The notes beneath the pieces were generated by a model. The model saw only the letters and a list, made by a program, of their open reading frames with translations, had not been told where the DNA came from and did no database searches. From a virus (lineage: Duplodnaviria; Caudoviricetes): a stretch of 64,000 bases of DNA. Location of the stretch: IMG/VR virus record IMGVR_UViG_3300025154_000086, positions 1,895 through 65,894 of that record; one strand, 5' to 3'. The translations under genes were made by a program, and so were the position numbers. Positions 10,013-20,527 of the stretch are shown in pieces. Each line of letters starts with the position of its first letter. The stretch's first letter is position 1.

Positions 10013-10765
10013 TTACTTGAACATGTCAACAGCTTTTGATTTCACCAACTGTTCAACCGATTCCGGCAATGTTGCCTGTGTACCGCCTGCGCTAAAGTCA
10101 ACAAGAACAATTTCGTCAACAGATTTTTCTGCAACTAATTTTTCAAGCACTTTAACTTTCTGCGCTTTATTAAGCTCTGCGCCTGTTCCAACGTTCTTGT
10201 TGTTTTCAACCCAATTAATGTTGTCCGTCAACAAATTTCCGCCGGAGCTTTTTCTTAGTTTAGAAACTAAGGTTATAAGTCCCATCCGTTGATCCTCAAC
10301 TTGGTTATTCACCAAATCAAGAGATTTTACCAAATGCTCATCACCGCTAACTTGATTCAATTGTCCTTCGGCTAAAAGAACAATAGATTTTGCCAACAGA
10401 TCAACTTTTTGATTAATTGCATCCAACGCTTTCAATGCATTCAAAGAAATTTCTGAGGATTTTTCAAGATATTCGGAAATATCTGCCTCTTCTCCGCCTT
10501 TGTTCATCAGCGCGATTGATTTTTGCAAACTCTTTTCCTGCGCTTTAATATCAACTTCAAACTCTATTTCAGAGATTGATTTCGCCGTATCAAGTGATTT
10601 TTGAAGAGATAATTTCGCCGTGCCCAATGATTTTGCAGCGGTTTCAAAACTTTCGTTCATCTCTCCCTTTTGTTTCGTCTCAAAACTGTCAGCTTCTGCC
10701 TTTGCCTGTTCCGGGGTCATGCCTTTGGCTAAACATTTTTTGTAGATATCATTCTTCGTTTCCAT
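10013..10765 (-). CDS. probable nested in-frame scaffold protein (internal start METKND)
   Basis: GGAG RBS 9 nt before in-frame ATG 10765. Confidence 0.5.
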   Translation of the reverse strand: METKNDIYKKCLAKGMTPEQAKAEADSFETKQKGEMNESFETAAKSLGTAKLSLQKSLDTAKSISEIEFEVDIKAQEKSLQKSIALMNKGGEEADISEYLEKSSEISLNALKALDAINQKVDLLAKSIVLLAEGQLNQVSGDEHLVKSLDLVNNQVEDQRMGLITLVSKLRKSSGGNLLTDNINWVENNKNVGTGAELNKAQKVKVLEKLVAEKSVDEIVLVDFSAGGTQATLPESVEQLVKSKAVDMFK

Positions 10766-11389
10766 TTTTGTAACTCCATTTAGTTTAATGTTATGATCTA
10801 TTGATTCTTTTCTTGTCGCTCCAAATCCGGTTTGTTCTCCCGGATTGTTGCCGTATCCTACTTCTAAACTTTTCACCAACGTTGCAAACGTTTCTCTGTT
10901 TCTTGGCTTGGTTGTAAACACTACATTCACAACTCTTGCCGATACAACTCCGTCTTTACTCTTCGATAAATATTCTCCCTCAACACTCCATCCCGCTTTT
11001 TGCATTGCGTTAGGATGCCGTTTATTGAATTCATCCATGTGCTGTAATAAAGTAACTGTGCTTTTTGCAAGTTTTTGCTGTTGTGTTAATTTTTCATCCG
11101 GCAATTCCGGGTCAAACCCAACAAGTTCTCCTTCAAAGTTCCAAGATTTTCCGCTCTTCCCTAACTTAGTCGGAAAGCCGATAAAACAATGCGGCTCCGG
11201 GATATCCTTATGTTCATATTTAATTTTGCCAAAACCGGAAGTGAAATAACTCCAATCAATACTTTTCATTATTTCATTATCAGTATCCCGGTTCTCTGTA
11301 GAAATAGTTCCACCTACCTTAAAAGGCTCGGTTTTACTTCCGCTTTTTACCAAATACGCCGGGGCAAAAAATTCAAACTTGTTATACAA
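10013..11389 (-). CDS. prohead protease fused to scaffold
   Basis: GTISTENRDTDNE, KYEH, GWSVEG and VVFTTKPRN motifs, then a coiled-coil C-terminal half. Confidence 0.82.
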   Translation of the reverse strand: MYNKFEFFAPAYLVKSGSKTEPFKVGGTISTENRDTDNEIMKSIDWSYFTSGFGKIKYEHKDIPEPHCFIGFPTKLGKSGKSWNFEGELVGFDPELPDEKLTQQQKLAKSTVTLLQHMDEFNKRHPNAMQKAGWSVEGEYLSKSKDGVVSARVVNVVFTTKPRNRETFATLVKSLEVGYGNNPGEQTGFGATRKESIDHNIKLNGVTKMETKNDIYKKCLAKGMTPEQAKAEADSFETKQKGEMNESFETAAKSLGTAKLSLQKSLDTAKSISEIEFEVDIKAQEKSLQKSIALMNKGGEEADISEYLEKSSEISLNALKALDAINQKVDLLAKSIVLLAEGQLNQVSGDEHLVKSLDLVNNQVEDQRMGLITLVSKLRKSSGGNLLTDNINWVENNKNVGTGAELNKAQKVKVLEKLVAEKSVDEIVLVDFSAGGTQATLPESVEQLVKSKAVDMFK

Positions 11390-11692
11390 AATTGTTTACT
11401 CTTTTTTTTATTGCATATTTAAGGAATGCGTTTCTCTCCGAAGGGTTGAAATTTGAAGAAATATAATTCCTCCCCTTTCAAAAAGGGGAGGTTAGGTGGG
11501 GTTTGCTTTAAAAACCAAGAACCTCCAAAGCTTTCAAACTCCGGAGGCTCACAAAAACAAACGTAGATTATGTAAAATATTATGTAAGAAAAATATGTAA
11601 CCCCAAAACCTTACACTTTATATTAATTTTGTCATTTCGCTTTACAAATAAATTTTCTGATAATTTCGGCTATTCCCTCAACATCCTAATTC

Positions 11693-12175
11693 CTAATTCC
11701 TAATTGATAAAAGTTCTTCCCCCGTTAATTCCTGATATCTCCAAACAAAACCGTAAGTCGCCCTACCATTCCCTAATCTACAGTTTGCCCGTATCTGACT
11801 TGCGCTATAGCCTAATTCTTTCTCTATTTCCGTCCCGCTGTTCCATTTTTTTATCAACTTACCTTTAATTGAGTATTGATAAATCGGTTTCTTTACCCTA
11901 CACGCTTTCCCGATAATATTATAGATAGTACCTTCGCTTACTTTTTCAATCACCGCAATTTCACGTACACTCATTTGAGCGTATTTGCCCTCGCGTAAGT
12001 CCTTTATCAATAGCCTATGGTAAATCTCCGCCGCCGGGAAATTCTTCACATCTATTTTATTCGCCAATTTCCGGTGGAACCGATAAACATCTTTTAACAC
12101 CTCATCCCCATGTAGATCGGAAAACTCTTTTATTAATTCTTCTAAAATTTCATTGTCCACATCACAAATTTCCAT
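11693..12175 (-). CDS. HTH plus NUMOD1 DNA-binding protein, candidate late regulator
   Basis: SVREIAVIEKVSEGTIYNI helix-turn-helix; KPIYQYS..G...W.S...YGFVWRY NUMOD1 pattern. Confidence 0.65.
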   Translation of the reverse strand: MEICDVDNEILEELIKEFSDLHGDEVLKDVYRFHRKLANKIDVKNFPAAEIYHRLLIKDLREGKYAQMSVREIAVIEKVSEGTIYNIIGKACRVKKPIYQYSIKGKLIKKWNSGTEIEKELGYSASQIRANCRLGNGRATYGFVWRYQELTGEELLSIRN

Positions 12176-12244
12176 TACTATTCCTACGTTTTAGATTTGT
12201 GTATCCCGTGAACAAACTCCTTTGATTATGGCGTAATTACGCCG

Positions 12245-12523
12245 CTAATTTATTCCGTCGTTTTGCCCTCTCATAATAAATTCAGATTTATGATCAAATA
12301 CGGTTTTTATTCCGTCAAACATTTTATAATAATATTCTTCTCTTTTGTCATCAAACTTAAATTCGCCGGTTAATCTCCATTTCCTAACCAAATCAGCCAT
12401 CCAAAGAAGATATTCCTCTAACCTATCAGCTCCATCTGGGGAGTCTCTAACTATAAGATTAATACCTGTCCATATCTTTACTAAATGTTTTCCAAACATT
12501 TCATCAGATCGTTCTTTATCCAT
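12245..12523 (-). CDS. hypothetical protein
   Basis: 92 aa with AAGGAG RBS. Confidence 0.65.
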   Translation of the reverse strand: MDKERSDEMFGKHLVKIWTGINLIVRDSPDGADRLEEYLLWMADLVRKWRLTGEFKFDDKREEYYYKMFDGIKTVFDHKSEFIMRGQNDGIN

Positions 12524-12546
12524 TTTTTAGCTCCTTTGTTTATTAA

Positions 12547-12921
12547 TTATTCTCTTCCAAAATGTTCGTTCTGATCAATGCTCTCATTTGGAATATATGC
12601 GTAATCATCCCCATCATTATCAACATAATGAACATCGCCGTTATTTGCGTACTGCCGTTCCCGCGCGTTCATATAATTAATTGCATTCACATAGTCCTGC
12701 TCTTCATCTCCCGAAGAAACTTTCTCTCTAATTTCTTCGTTAAAGTTCTCAAACTTTTCTTGCAGCTTGTTCTCATATTGCTGCAATAATTTTGGTTCGT
12801 GCTTTTTTAATATCGGGTAAAGCACTTCCCAATATGGACCGGTCAACTTAAAGTTTCCCGTTCCATCTTCCGTTTGTATCCATGTGTTAAGTAATTGCTT
12901 AACTTTCTCTCTTAGTTCCAT
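12547..12921 (-). CDS. hypothetical acidic protein coupled to the DarB-like gene
   Basis: 124 aa; TAATG overlap. Confidence 0.65.
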   Translation of the reverse strand: MELREKVKQLLNTWIQTEDGTGNFKLTGPYWEVLYPILKKHEPKLLQQYENKLQEKFENFNEEIREKVSSGDEEQDYVNAINYMNARERQYANNGDVHYVDNDGDDYAYIPNESIDQNEHFGRE

Positions 12922-15900
12922 TATGCCGCAACTCCTCTCATTTTATTTGTAAGTATATCCTCTAATAAATCTTTGTTATCACTTTTTATTTCATCAATCG
13001 CCCTGGCTCTATCAATAGCCTCGGCAGTAATTAAACTCGGATTGAACCTATACTCTCCGCCGTCTTCCTTTATGTGGTAATTATCAAAAAACTCTGCCCT
13101 TAACGCATGGCTAAAATCAGTTTGCTCGTTCCAAGCCTTACCTTGCATAATTCTTTTATAAGTATAATCACTCATATACCCTTTTTCAAACAACCGCTTT
13201 AATTCTTGTTTATACTTTGCGCCGGTTGTATGGATGGCAATACTTGTTTCAGTTGCTTCACCATTTAACCGTTTGATCTCTTTCTTAATTGCGTTTTCGT
13301 AATTCTCACCATAAATAGAAGTTGCAAAATTCTTATACTTCCTAAATTGATAATAACCCTCTCCCCAATTTTGCTTTGGTTTATTCGTTTTGATCAACTC
13401 ATTAAGTATCTTTGGAAATTCCGGCTTCTCCTGTGGAAAAATTATTTTCCCTCCTTCGCTTGTAATTTCATACTTTGCATTTTCATAAACTGCTACCTTA
13501 AAATCACCGTCCATAGTTTGATACAATACTTCATCGGTATTGTTAAGTTTATCAAGCAATTTAACTTTATTTGCTTGCAAAATTTCCTTTGGCATTTTGC
13601 TTATAAAGTTAATTCCAATTTCTTCATTATCATCAATAATTTTCTTAAACATTCCGCCTAAATCCAAATCGGTTTCTTTATACAATGCGCTAAATTCTTT
13701 ATCTAACTCCTTTGCACTTAGTGCGCGAGTACCTACCATATCACCTTGCGCACCGGCTTTATACGTTCTTATCTTCACTCTCTGGGTAGATGGCGCGTAA
13801 TCTTCAACAACATAAAACTCTCCGCTTTTACCTTCTAAAATACCACCTACCGGAATTACTTTATTTATCCCCGGTAAAATTACCGGAGTTCTGTCATAGT
13901 CAAGTTTCCCCTTATGCTCAAAATTTGCCCCGATAAGTTTTTCCGTCAAACTTCTTTCTTCCTGCTCCATCATCTGATATTGCTTTGAAGTCTTCTCTTC
14001 CATTCCGGCTTTTTTCCTTTTTACTTCATACAATCTATCAAACTGTTTATAGTTCGATTGCCGTTGCTGCTCTGCAAGTGCATCTTGTAATTTTTTATTT
14101 CTGAATGCCAATAACGCTTTTGCCTGTTCCGGATTATCGGCTAACTCAATCATCATCTCATCCGCTTCTAGCTGAACCTCGTCATCCCAACGGCTCGTTT
14201 CACCTTTTAAGAACTTATCAACCATTCCCGCCTTATCCATAATTTTGGTATTCATAAATCCGTCAATACTTCCTTTCGTCAAGTAGTAATGCGTATTTAC
14301 ACTGTCTAATGGATTCCCTTGCCGTATCCCTCTTCCGTTCCCTTGCTCTATCTGTAAATGGTTCCAAGCCGGTTGCAAGTGGTGAATATCGCTTGTCATA
14401 TAGTTAAAATTTAATCCCTCTCCCATAGTTGCATAATTACCAATTACAACCTTATACTTTCCATTGTTGTAATCTTTGCTTATCTGTAATCTTTTGCTCG
14501 AGCTGCTAACCGTTTTTCCGTTTACAATTATTATTTCGTTCTCCGGGATACCCGATTTTATCAAATCATTTTTAATCTTATCGTGTAAAGCTGTGTTGAT
14601 GGCGAAAATAATTTGTTTGCCTCCACTCTTATGTATTGATAATGCATTCTCATTCAACTGCGCGAACTTCTTTAAATCACTATGCTGTTTAACCAAATCA
14701 TTGTCAACCTTTTTAGAAAATTCACTGCTCTTTTCCTGATACCAGGGCAAATCACTCGTTGCTTTTATCAAATCTTGCTGCACCTTAAAAAAGTGATCGT
14801 CCATTGGTGTATCGTCCGGACCAATCCATTTATTCAACTCAATATATTTAGGCAAGTATTCATCATTAAAATAATTCAATACTTTAGTAGCTTCATCTTG
14901 ATTAATTAATCCTTTACCTACTTTTTCCTGTAACTTATCAGCATTAAAATCCCACGTCTTATTATCCTTATCATATACACGGCTGCTTAACATCCATAAC
15001 CTTAACTTGCAATGCTTCACTATTTCTTTTTGCCCTTCATTCAGATCACTCAGCACATTCGCCGCTTTCTCTTTCGGGAACTTTATATTTGCCTTTACAC
15101 TTTCAACATCATCCTTTGTCTTATAATCAACAAACCTAAAGAAAGTATTTCTTAATGCCTCAGCCGATTTCCATCCCGAAAATTTATTCTTTACAATAAC
15201 TCTTCCGTCTGCATTTGTAGTTGGAATGTTATCAATATCTGCAAACCTTGCAACAAAGTCATCCATGTTTTGAACTTTTAATTTTTCGAGTTCTTTCTCC
15301 GCAAACGGCACCATCATGTTAAAAACTTCTAAAGGCGAATTACTTATCGGTGTTGCCGTCAAACCATAATAGCCCATATCATTATTCTGCCCGCGTATGA
15401 TCTTGCTTGCAAATAAATTGTGCATTGCCCTTTGAGATGTGCTGCTATTCACTCCGCTAATTTCACTTTCCATTGGAACTAATAAGTTTTTCGTGTCGTG
15501 GCATTCATCTCTCACCAACATATCAATACCCAAATTATCAAGATACACTCCCCCCATTGGATCGGGTATGTTCATCATTTCGGAAAGATTCTTTAACAAA
15601 GTATCTCTTTTCTTTTTCACACTTTTTACCTGTTTGCTATCCTTATCGGCAAAGTCTGATAACCGGCTTCCTTCCGGGTAATACTTATCCATCAATTCGT
15701 TAAGCATGTTCTTCTTAGTTTCCGGTGAAAAGTCAATTGTACCGAACAAATCACGGCTCATTAAAATCATGTCAAAATCTTCATTTGCTGCACGTTGCAA
15801 TTTCAATTCTTTCTCTTCACGGCTTTCTTCAATCCAAGCGCCGGTAGAATCTTTTTTGTAACCAACTAACAAATAATTTACCCCTTGCGTCCACTTCTCA

Positions 15901-18900
15901 ATTTCCGCAACCCAATTTAACAACACCGATTTCGGAGAAACTATACACGGCTTATTTGCCCTTCCCGTCTCTTTACTCAACAAAGTTAAAGTTAATGCTT
16001 CAAGGGTTTTTCCTAAACCCACACCATGCGCTATCATACCTTTGCCGGATTCATACATCCGTCTTACAGTTGCCCATGTATGCCCGCCCGCCTTATCTCT
16101 TCCGCTAATATCTTTTCCGCTTGCATCTTTACCAACTACTCTATCATAAGCAAAATGCTTTATTCCCTCTATCGGTTTTTCGTCATACGTTTTTTGTGTG
16201 TATGAATTAAACAGCCTATTATAAGTATCTGCAATTTTATCAGCTTCTTCACTATCGGATAAATACTGCTTAAAATCTGTTTCAAGCTGTAAGACTTGTT
16301 CTTTTTTGGCTATTCCTTCCTCAGTCCGCAACGCCGGTAAACCTAACCCATTCATCTTATTTAAAATCATAAACAATAAAGGATGCTCATCTTTATTAAA
16401 GAGATCCCGCAATTCTTTCTTTACACTTGTTGATTTTCCCTCTTTCGTAATATCTGCATAACTTAAATATAATTTTGCCGAACTCTCATCAACCGGAAGA
16501 ATAAATCCGCTCTTTTCATCTTTGCGTAATTCACCTAAGAAATGCGCCCCTATCTTTTCTTCCAAATATTTGTTCAAAATTCCAATATCGTAAATAGTCC
16601 CTGCATCGCTTAACATTATCGGCAGTTGCTTTATCTCCCTTATGTTCGCTCTCGTCTTCGCCTCAATTATCTGATCTTCTAACTTTCGCATTTTTTGCGC
16701 GTTAAGTTCTTTTTCTTTATCGCTTAACTTTTCGTTCTTGGATTCCTTCTTCAGTTCTGTCCGTTGCTTTTCCCAGGCGTCTATTTTTTCATAAATGTAA
16801 CCGTAAAGGACTTCCTCTTTCGGTTTATAATTTCCCTCTTCATCAAAATAAATTTCATCGCTGTATGCAAGCTCTCTTTCAATATCTCCATCCCCTTCAT
16901 ACTCGCCTCGTATCGTTTGATAATCCGTAGGAAAATTATTTGCAAAAAGAAATCCGATCACCGAAACAATATCGTTCCGGTCCACCGTTCCTATTTCGCT
17001 CTTCGTTTGATAAACTTTATAAAAAGACAGCGGATCATCAAACATCTTGATAGTGTTCCCGTTCTTATCATAGCTACCTGCTAAATCCAAGAGTGGCGCG
17101 TTTCCGCTGCTTCTAAAAAATTTATTCAACTTCAAATTATCAATTGGGTGTCCGTACTTTTCAATAAAATCCTTCAGTAATATTTTCAGTTTCCCCGCTT
17201 CCATTTGCGCCTCTTCAGCGGATAATCTTCCGTCTTGCAACTCTTTTCTGAAATCCTTTACTGCTAAACCAAGAATAACTCCCTTTGTTAAATATTCGGT
17301 CTGAAAATCATTCTTGCCGTTGTATCCATCCAGCTCATTAACTATCCTTGTTTGTCCGAACAGTTTAAGTTGGTCCTTATTCAATCCGTACAAATAACCG
17401 ATATCCTCACTCTTAATTCTCCATTCATCCCAACTCTTAATACCAAGCTTTTGTACATCTTCCGGTAAATTCTGTAATACTATTTCCTGATCTTTTAATC
17501 TTTCCCATCTATGATTTTTATTAAGAATATAAGTTCTTCCGTTTAATATCTTTACATCTCCCGGCTCAAGTTCTTTTTCCAACTCACCATACTTGCTAAC
17601 ATCAATACCTAAACTACTGTAATCCCTTGCATCATGGTTTAATAATTCACCGACTTTTTCCAAATCTTCCTTTGTAACATCTCCCTTCCAGATCTTCATT
17701 CCGAACATTCCGCTCGTTTCCGTACCTAACGCAAACTCCGGATTATTCTTAAAGAAATTTCCCGAAACAAAATCTGCATCCAAAACCATATCATCATAAG
17801 CCTCACCAAGTTTTTCCTTTGGTAGATTACTTAAATGCTCTATCACTTCCGGCGGTCTTTTCTTAAAGAAAACTATATCTGTGGTTACTGCTGCGTCTGC
17901 ATGTTTAAAGGCTCCGGTTGGTACTCTTATCGCTCCAAGGAATTCCCCTTTTTTGTTTATCTCTCCCCGCCATTGATTAAGTTGATTATCCATTATAGAT
18001 GTTGGAACAATCATTGCCATTATTCCCCCCGGTTTCAACATATCCAAACCTCTATCAATAAAATATTGCTCGTGGAATTTTATATCACTCTTCTCCCTAT
18101 CATCCATCGCGCTCAATCCTCTTTTACCAAACGGACAATTCCCAACAATAGCGTCATATTCTCCCCCTTCTAAATCCGCTCCCATGTTTTCATAGTCTTT
18201 AATAAACTGCTCGAAGCTCTGTATCCTTATATCGTGCTCGTTGCCGTGTAAAATCTGCCCGATGCGTCCGCTCGTTTCTTCAATTTCAATTCCGGTAACA
18301 AGCGCTTTCTCCGGTGCGGTCTCAATAAAAATCCCCGTTCCCATTGATGGCTCTAAAACATTTCCTCCCTTAAAACCTAACTTCCCTATCATATCCCAAA
18401 TAAATTCCGCTTCATCCTTACGTGTGTAAAACTCATTAAGAGAAATATCCTCAATAGTATCGCCCAACAATCCGCCGCGCCCGGTGTACTGCGCCAAAAG
18501 CTCTACATCCTCAGCGCTCATCTCATCGTTTTTCTTTGTCTTTAATAACTCCTCAACCCTGGCGTTTATCTCTTTCCGGTTCTTCTTCCCCTTAACAACT
18601 TTAATTTCCGCCTTCGGCTCTTTTCTCTCTTCTTTTGGCTGATTGAAAAGATCGTCCTTTGTTTCCGGCTGCTCTTTTGGTTTTATCGGTTCCGCTTTTG
18701 GTGGTCTGCTTTCCGCCCTATTGCCTACTGCCGACTGCCGACTGCCGACCGTTACCTTCTTATCAAACAACGATAATTCTTTCGGTTTACTCTCCTCCTT
18801 ATCCGCACGGAACAACCGCTTTACAAGAGGATTCTTGTTACTCCGCCTCACCTCGTAAGTGTGCCCGTCCTTCTGCTTTGTTTGTCCTTCGATAACTTCA

Positions 18901-19448
18901 TTCTCAAACATTCCCAACTGCGTACCGAACGCTTTTAACATTACCCCAAACGCTTTAAGCAATTTCGGTTTATCTAACGTTGCTAACGCTTTTTTCTTAA
19001 ACTCATCAAAACTTATTTCTTTCATGCTGCCAAAAAACTTTGGACTGTCATACTGCTTCAAATATGCAGTCTTCGCTTCTTCGGCAGTGTCAAAACCCAA
19101 CATACATTTTTGCTCATCAAACTTTCCGGTTAACGGATTATTCTGATCAACAATAAAAACTTTTTCACTCTCTCTGTTATCGCCTATATAACAATCGATC
19201 TTCTCACCGTCCGAAACACTTTCCGTCCGCCTTATGTAACCATAAGGGGCGTGCATGAACGTTTCCCACTTTGTCCCATCATCATTCACCCCGCGCCGTA
19301 TGCTTCCCTTTTTATTTTCTATAGCAATATCAAGCCCTTTAAAATAAATTCTATCCTGAAGCTTAAAAGTCTTTCCCGCCTTTAACTTATCGTCAAGATT
19401 TTCAACAATTACTTTACTCTTTGCTATTGTAATTCCAAATATTTTCAT
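12921..19448 (-). CDS. DarB-like polyvalent protein: inorganic-pyrophosphatase-like domain, N6-adenine MTase and SNF2 helicase
   Basis: IENKKGSIR..YGYI...DGEKIDCYIG; VLEPSMGTG and GNCPF; AHGVGLGKT, DECH, TATPISNS, GEGLN, QGNGRGIRQGN. Confidence 0.85.
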   Translation of the reverse strand: MKIFGITIAKSKVIVENLDDKLKAGKTFKLQDRIYFKGLDIAIENKKGSIRRGVNDDGTKWETFMHAPYGYIRRTESVSDGEKIDCYIGDNRESEKVFIVDQNNPLTGKFDEQKCMLGFDTAEEAKTAYLKQYDSPKFFGSMKEISFDEFKKKALATLDKPKLLKAFGVMLKAFGTQLGMFENEVIEGQTKQKDGHTYEVRRSNKNPLVKRLFRADKEESKPKELSLFDKKVTVGSRQSAVGNRAESRPPKAEPIKPKEQPETKDDLFNQPKEERKEPKAEIKVVKGKKNRKEINARVEELLKTKKNDEMSAEDVELLAQYTGRGGLLGDTIEDISLNEFYTRKDEAEFIWDMIGKLGFKGGNVLEPSMGTGIFIETAPEKALVTGIEIEETSGRIGQILHGNEHDIRIQSFEQFIKDYENMGADLEGGEYDAIVGNCPFGKRGLSAMDDREKSDIKFHEQYFIDRGLDMLKPGGIMAMIVPTSIMDNQLNQWRGEINKKGEFLGAIRVPTGAFKHADAAVTTDIVFFKKRPPEVIEHLSNLPKEKLGEAYDDMVLDADFVSGNFFKNNPEFALGTETSGMFGMKIWKGDVTKEDLEKVGELLNHDARDYSSLGIDVSKYGELEKELEPGDVKILNGRTYILNKNHRWERLKDQEIVLQNLPEDVQKLGIKSWDEWRIKSEDIGYLYGLNKDQLKLFGQTRIVNELDGYNGKNDFQTEYLTKGVILGLAVKDFRKELQDGRLSAEEAQMEAGKLKILLKDFIEKYGHPIDNLKLNKFFRSSGNAPLLDLAGSYDKNGNTIKMFDDPLSFYKVYQTKSEIGTVDRNDIVSVIGFLFANNFPTDYQTIRGEYEGDGDIERELAYSDEIYFDEEGNYKPKEEVLYGYIYEKIDAWEKQRTELKKESKNEKLSDKEKELNAQKMRKLEDQIIEAKTRANIREIKQLPIMLSDAGTIYDIGILNKYLEEKIGAHFLGELRKDEKSGFILPVDESSAKLYLSYADITKEGKSTSVKKELRDLFNKDEHPLLFMILNKMNGLGLPALRTEEGIAKKEQVLQLETDFKQYLSDSEEADKIADTYNRLFNSYTQKTYDEKPIEGIKHFAYDRVVGKDASGKDISGRDKAGGHTWATVRRMYESGKGMIAHGVGLGKTLEALTLTLLSKETGRANKPCIVSPKSVLLNWVAEIEKWTQGVNYLLVGYKKDSTGAWIEESREEKELKLQRAANEDFDMILMSRDLFGTIDFSPETKKNMLNELMDKYYPEGSRLSDFADKDSKQVKSVKKKRDTLLKNLSEMMNIPDPMGGVYLDNLGIDMLVRDECHDTKNLLVPMESEISGVNSSTSQRAMHNLFASKIIRGQNNDMGYYGLTATPISNSPLEVFNMMVPFAEKELEKLKVQNMDDFVARFADIDNIPTTNADGRVIVKNKFSGWKSAEALRNTFFRFVDYKTKDDVESVKANIKFPKEKAANVLSDLNEGQKEIVKHCKLRLWMLSSRVYDKDNKTWDFNADKLQEKVGKGLINQDEATKVLNYFNDEYLPKYIELNKWIGPDDTPMDDHFFKVQQDLIKATSDLPWYQEKSSEFSKKVDNDLVKQHSDLKKFAQLNENALSIHKSGGKQIIFAINTALHDKIKNDLIKSGIPENEIIIVNGKTVSSSSKRLQISKDYNNGKYKVVIGNYATMGEGLNFNYMTSDIHHLQPAWNHLQIEQGNGRGIRQGNPLDSVNTHYYLTKGSIDGFMNTKIMDKAGMVDKFLKGETSRWDDEVQLEADEMMIELADNPEQAKALLAFRNKKLQDALAEQQRQSNYKQFDRLYEVKRKKAGMEEKTSKQYQMMEQEERSLTEKLIGANFEHKGKLDYDRTPVILPGINKVIPVGGILEGKSGEFYVVEDYAPSTQRVKIRTYKAGAQGDMVGTRALSAKELDKEFSALYKETDLDLGGMFKKIIDDNEEIGINFISKMPKEILQANKVKLLDKLNNTDEVLYQTMDGDFKVAVYENAKYEITSEGGKIIFPQEKPEFPKILNELIKTNKPKQNWGEGYYQFRKYKNFATSIYGENYENAIKKEIKRLNGEATETSIAIHTTGAKYKQELKRLFEKGYMSDYTYKRIMQGKAWNEQTDFSHALRAEFFDNYHIKEDGGEYRFNPSLITAEAIDRARAIDEIKSDNKDLLEDILTNKMRGVAA

Positions 19449-20527
19449 TACGCCGCCTCGGTCTTGATGAATAAATTAAATTGATCTTCATTCCCGGCAA
19501 CTTCTTTTTTCTCTCTATTTATCCAGTAACTAAACCTAGCTTCACCTATGGTTATCCATGCCTCTTCCAACTCACAACCCTCATAATTTGTAAACCCCGC
19601 TAAGTATCCTCCTATCACTTCGGAAAAGGTTCCGGCAAAAGGATAAAGTATTTTCTGTTCGTTCGGTGTCTTGAACAGAGATAAAATTCTTTTGTTTAAT
19701 GCAATTGGCTTTAATGTGGGATGATTATTTTTAACGGTTGAAATTCTATTCATCCCGATGTGAGATTGCAAATATTCAGTCTCGCCGTTTCGCTCTGCCT
19801 GTTGCGCTCCTCCGCTTCGTGCCATTAAACTATCTTCCAACTCATTCAGTCCGCCGTTGCGCTCTGCCTTACTTACTTTTGGATAGTAAAAATAAATATC
19901 ATGCTCTTCTTCATCATATTCACACTTGTGTAAAATTTTACTGCATCCGCCGGTATCTGAAATTCCGTTTGGTAAGTCTGTTTTATCTTGCCCCATTGCA
20001 CTTAGAAATTGTACCGAACCGTTTTTGCGTACATAGTCCCCTTTCCCTTTTTGCAATTCTCCACTTTGTCTATCCAATACTGCACACGGGCAATTAGGAT
20101 TAGTATGTATCTGCCCGCTTCCTTTATCATTATAATTACTTGGTGCTTGCGGTTTATCCCCATTAAACATTGATGTTTCTTTGTTCTGATACTCTTTCCC
20201 GCTGTAACTATATGGCTGTGCCTCATTTTTTTTAATTACTACTTCATCACAAATGCACTCAATAAAAGTTTGCGCCGGGTAACGGCCGGGAGGATTGTAA
20301 TTCTTTTGCTCAATCATTGAAAAATCGCCGTTTGGCATATCCCATTTATTCATAAAATCTACGGCTTTTTTATAATCCGGTTTTCCATCCTTCCGTATAA
20401 TAACTTCACTCCCTAACGCATACGGCGGATCTTGGAATAATATATCAGCGTAGCAATCTGGTTTTTGTTTCAGAAAACATAAACTATCACAACACTGTAT
20501 TTTGTTTTGTTGACTTTTCATAATCAA
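19448..20527 (-). CDS. beta-class amino DNA methyltransferase, apparently internally deleted
   Basis: DPPY, GRYPA, NNHPTLKP and YPFAG motifs present; RVLKPGG core segment absent. Confidence 0.65.
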   Translation of the reverse strand: MIMKSQQNKIQCCDSLCFLKQKPDCYADILFQDPPYALGSEVIIRKDGKPDYKKAVDFMNKWDMPNGDFSMIEQKNYNPPGRYPAQTFIECICDEVVIKKNEAQPYSYSGKEYQNKETSMFNGDKPQAPSNYNDKGSGQIHTNPNCPCAVLDRQSGELQKGKGDYVRKNGSVQFLSAMGQDKTDLPNGISDTGGCSKILHKCEYDEEEHDIYFYYPKVSKAERNGGLNELEDSLMARSGGAQQAERNGETEYLQSHIGMNRISTVKNNHPTLKPIALNKRILSLFKTPNEQKILYPFAGTFSEVIGGYLAGFTNYEGCELEEAWITIGEARFSYWINREKKEVAGNEDQFNLFIKTEAA

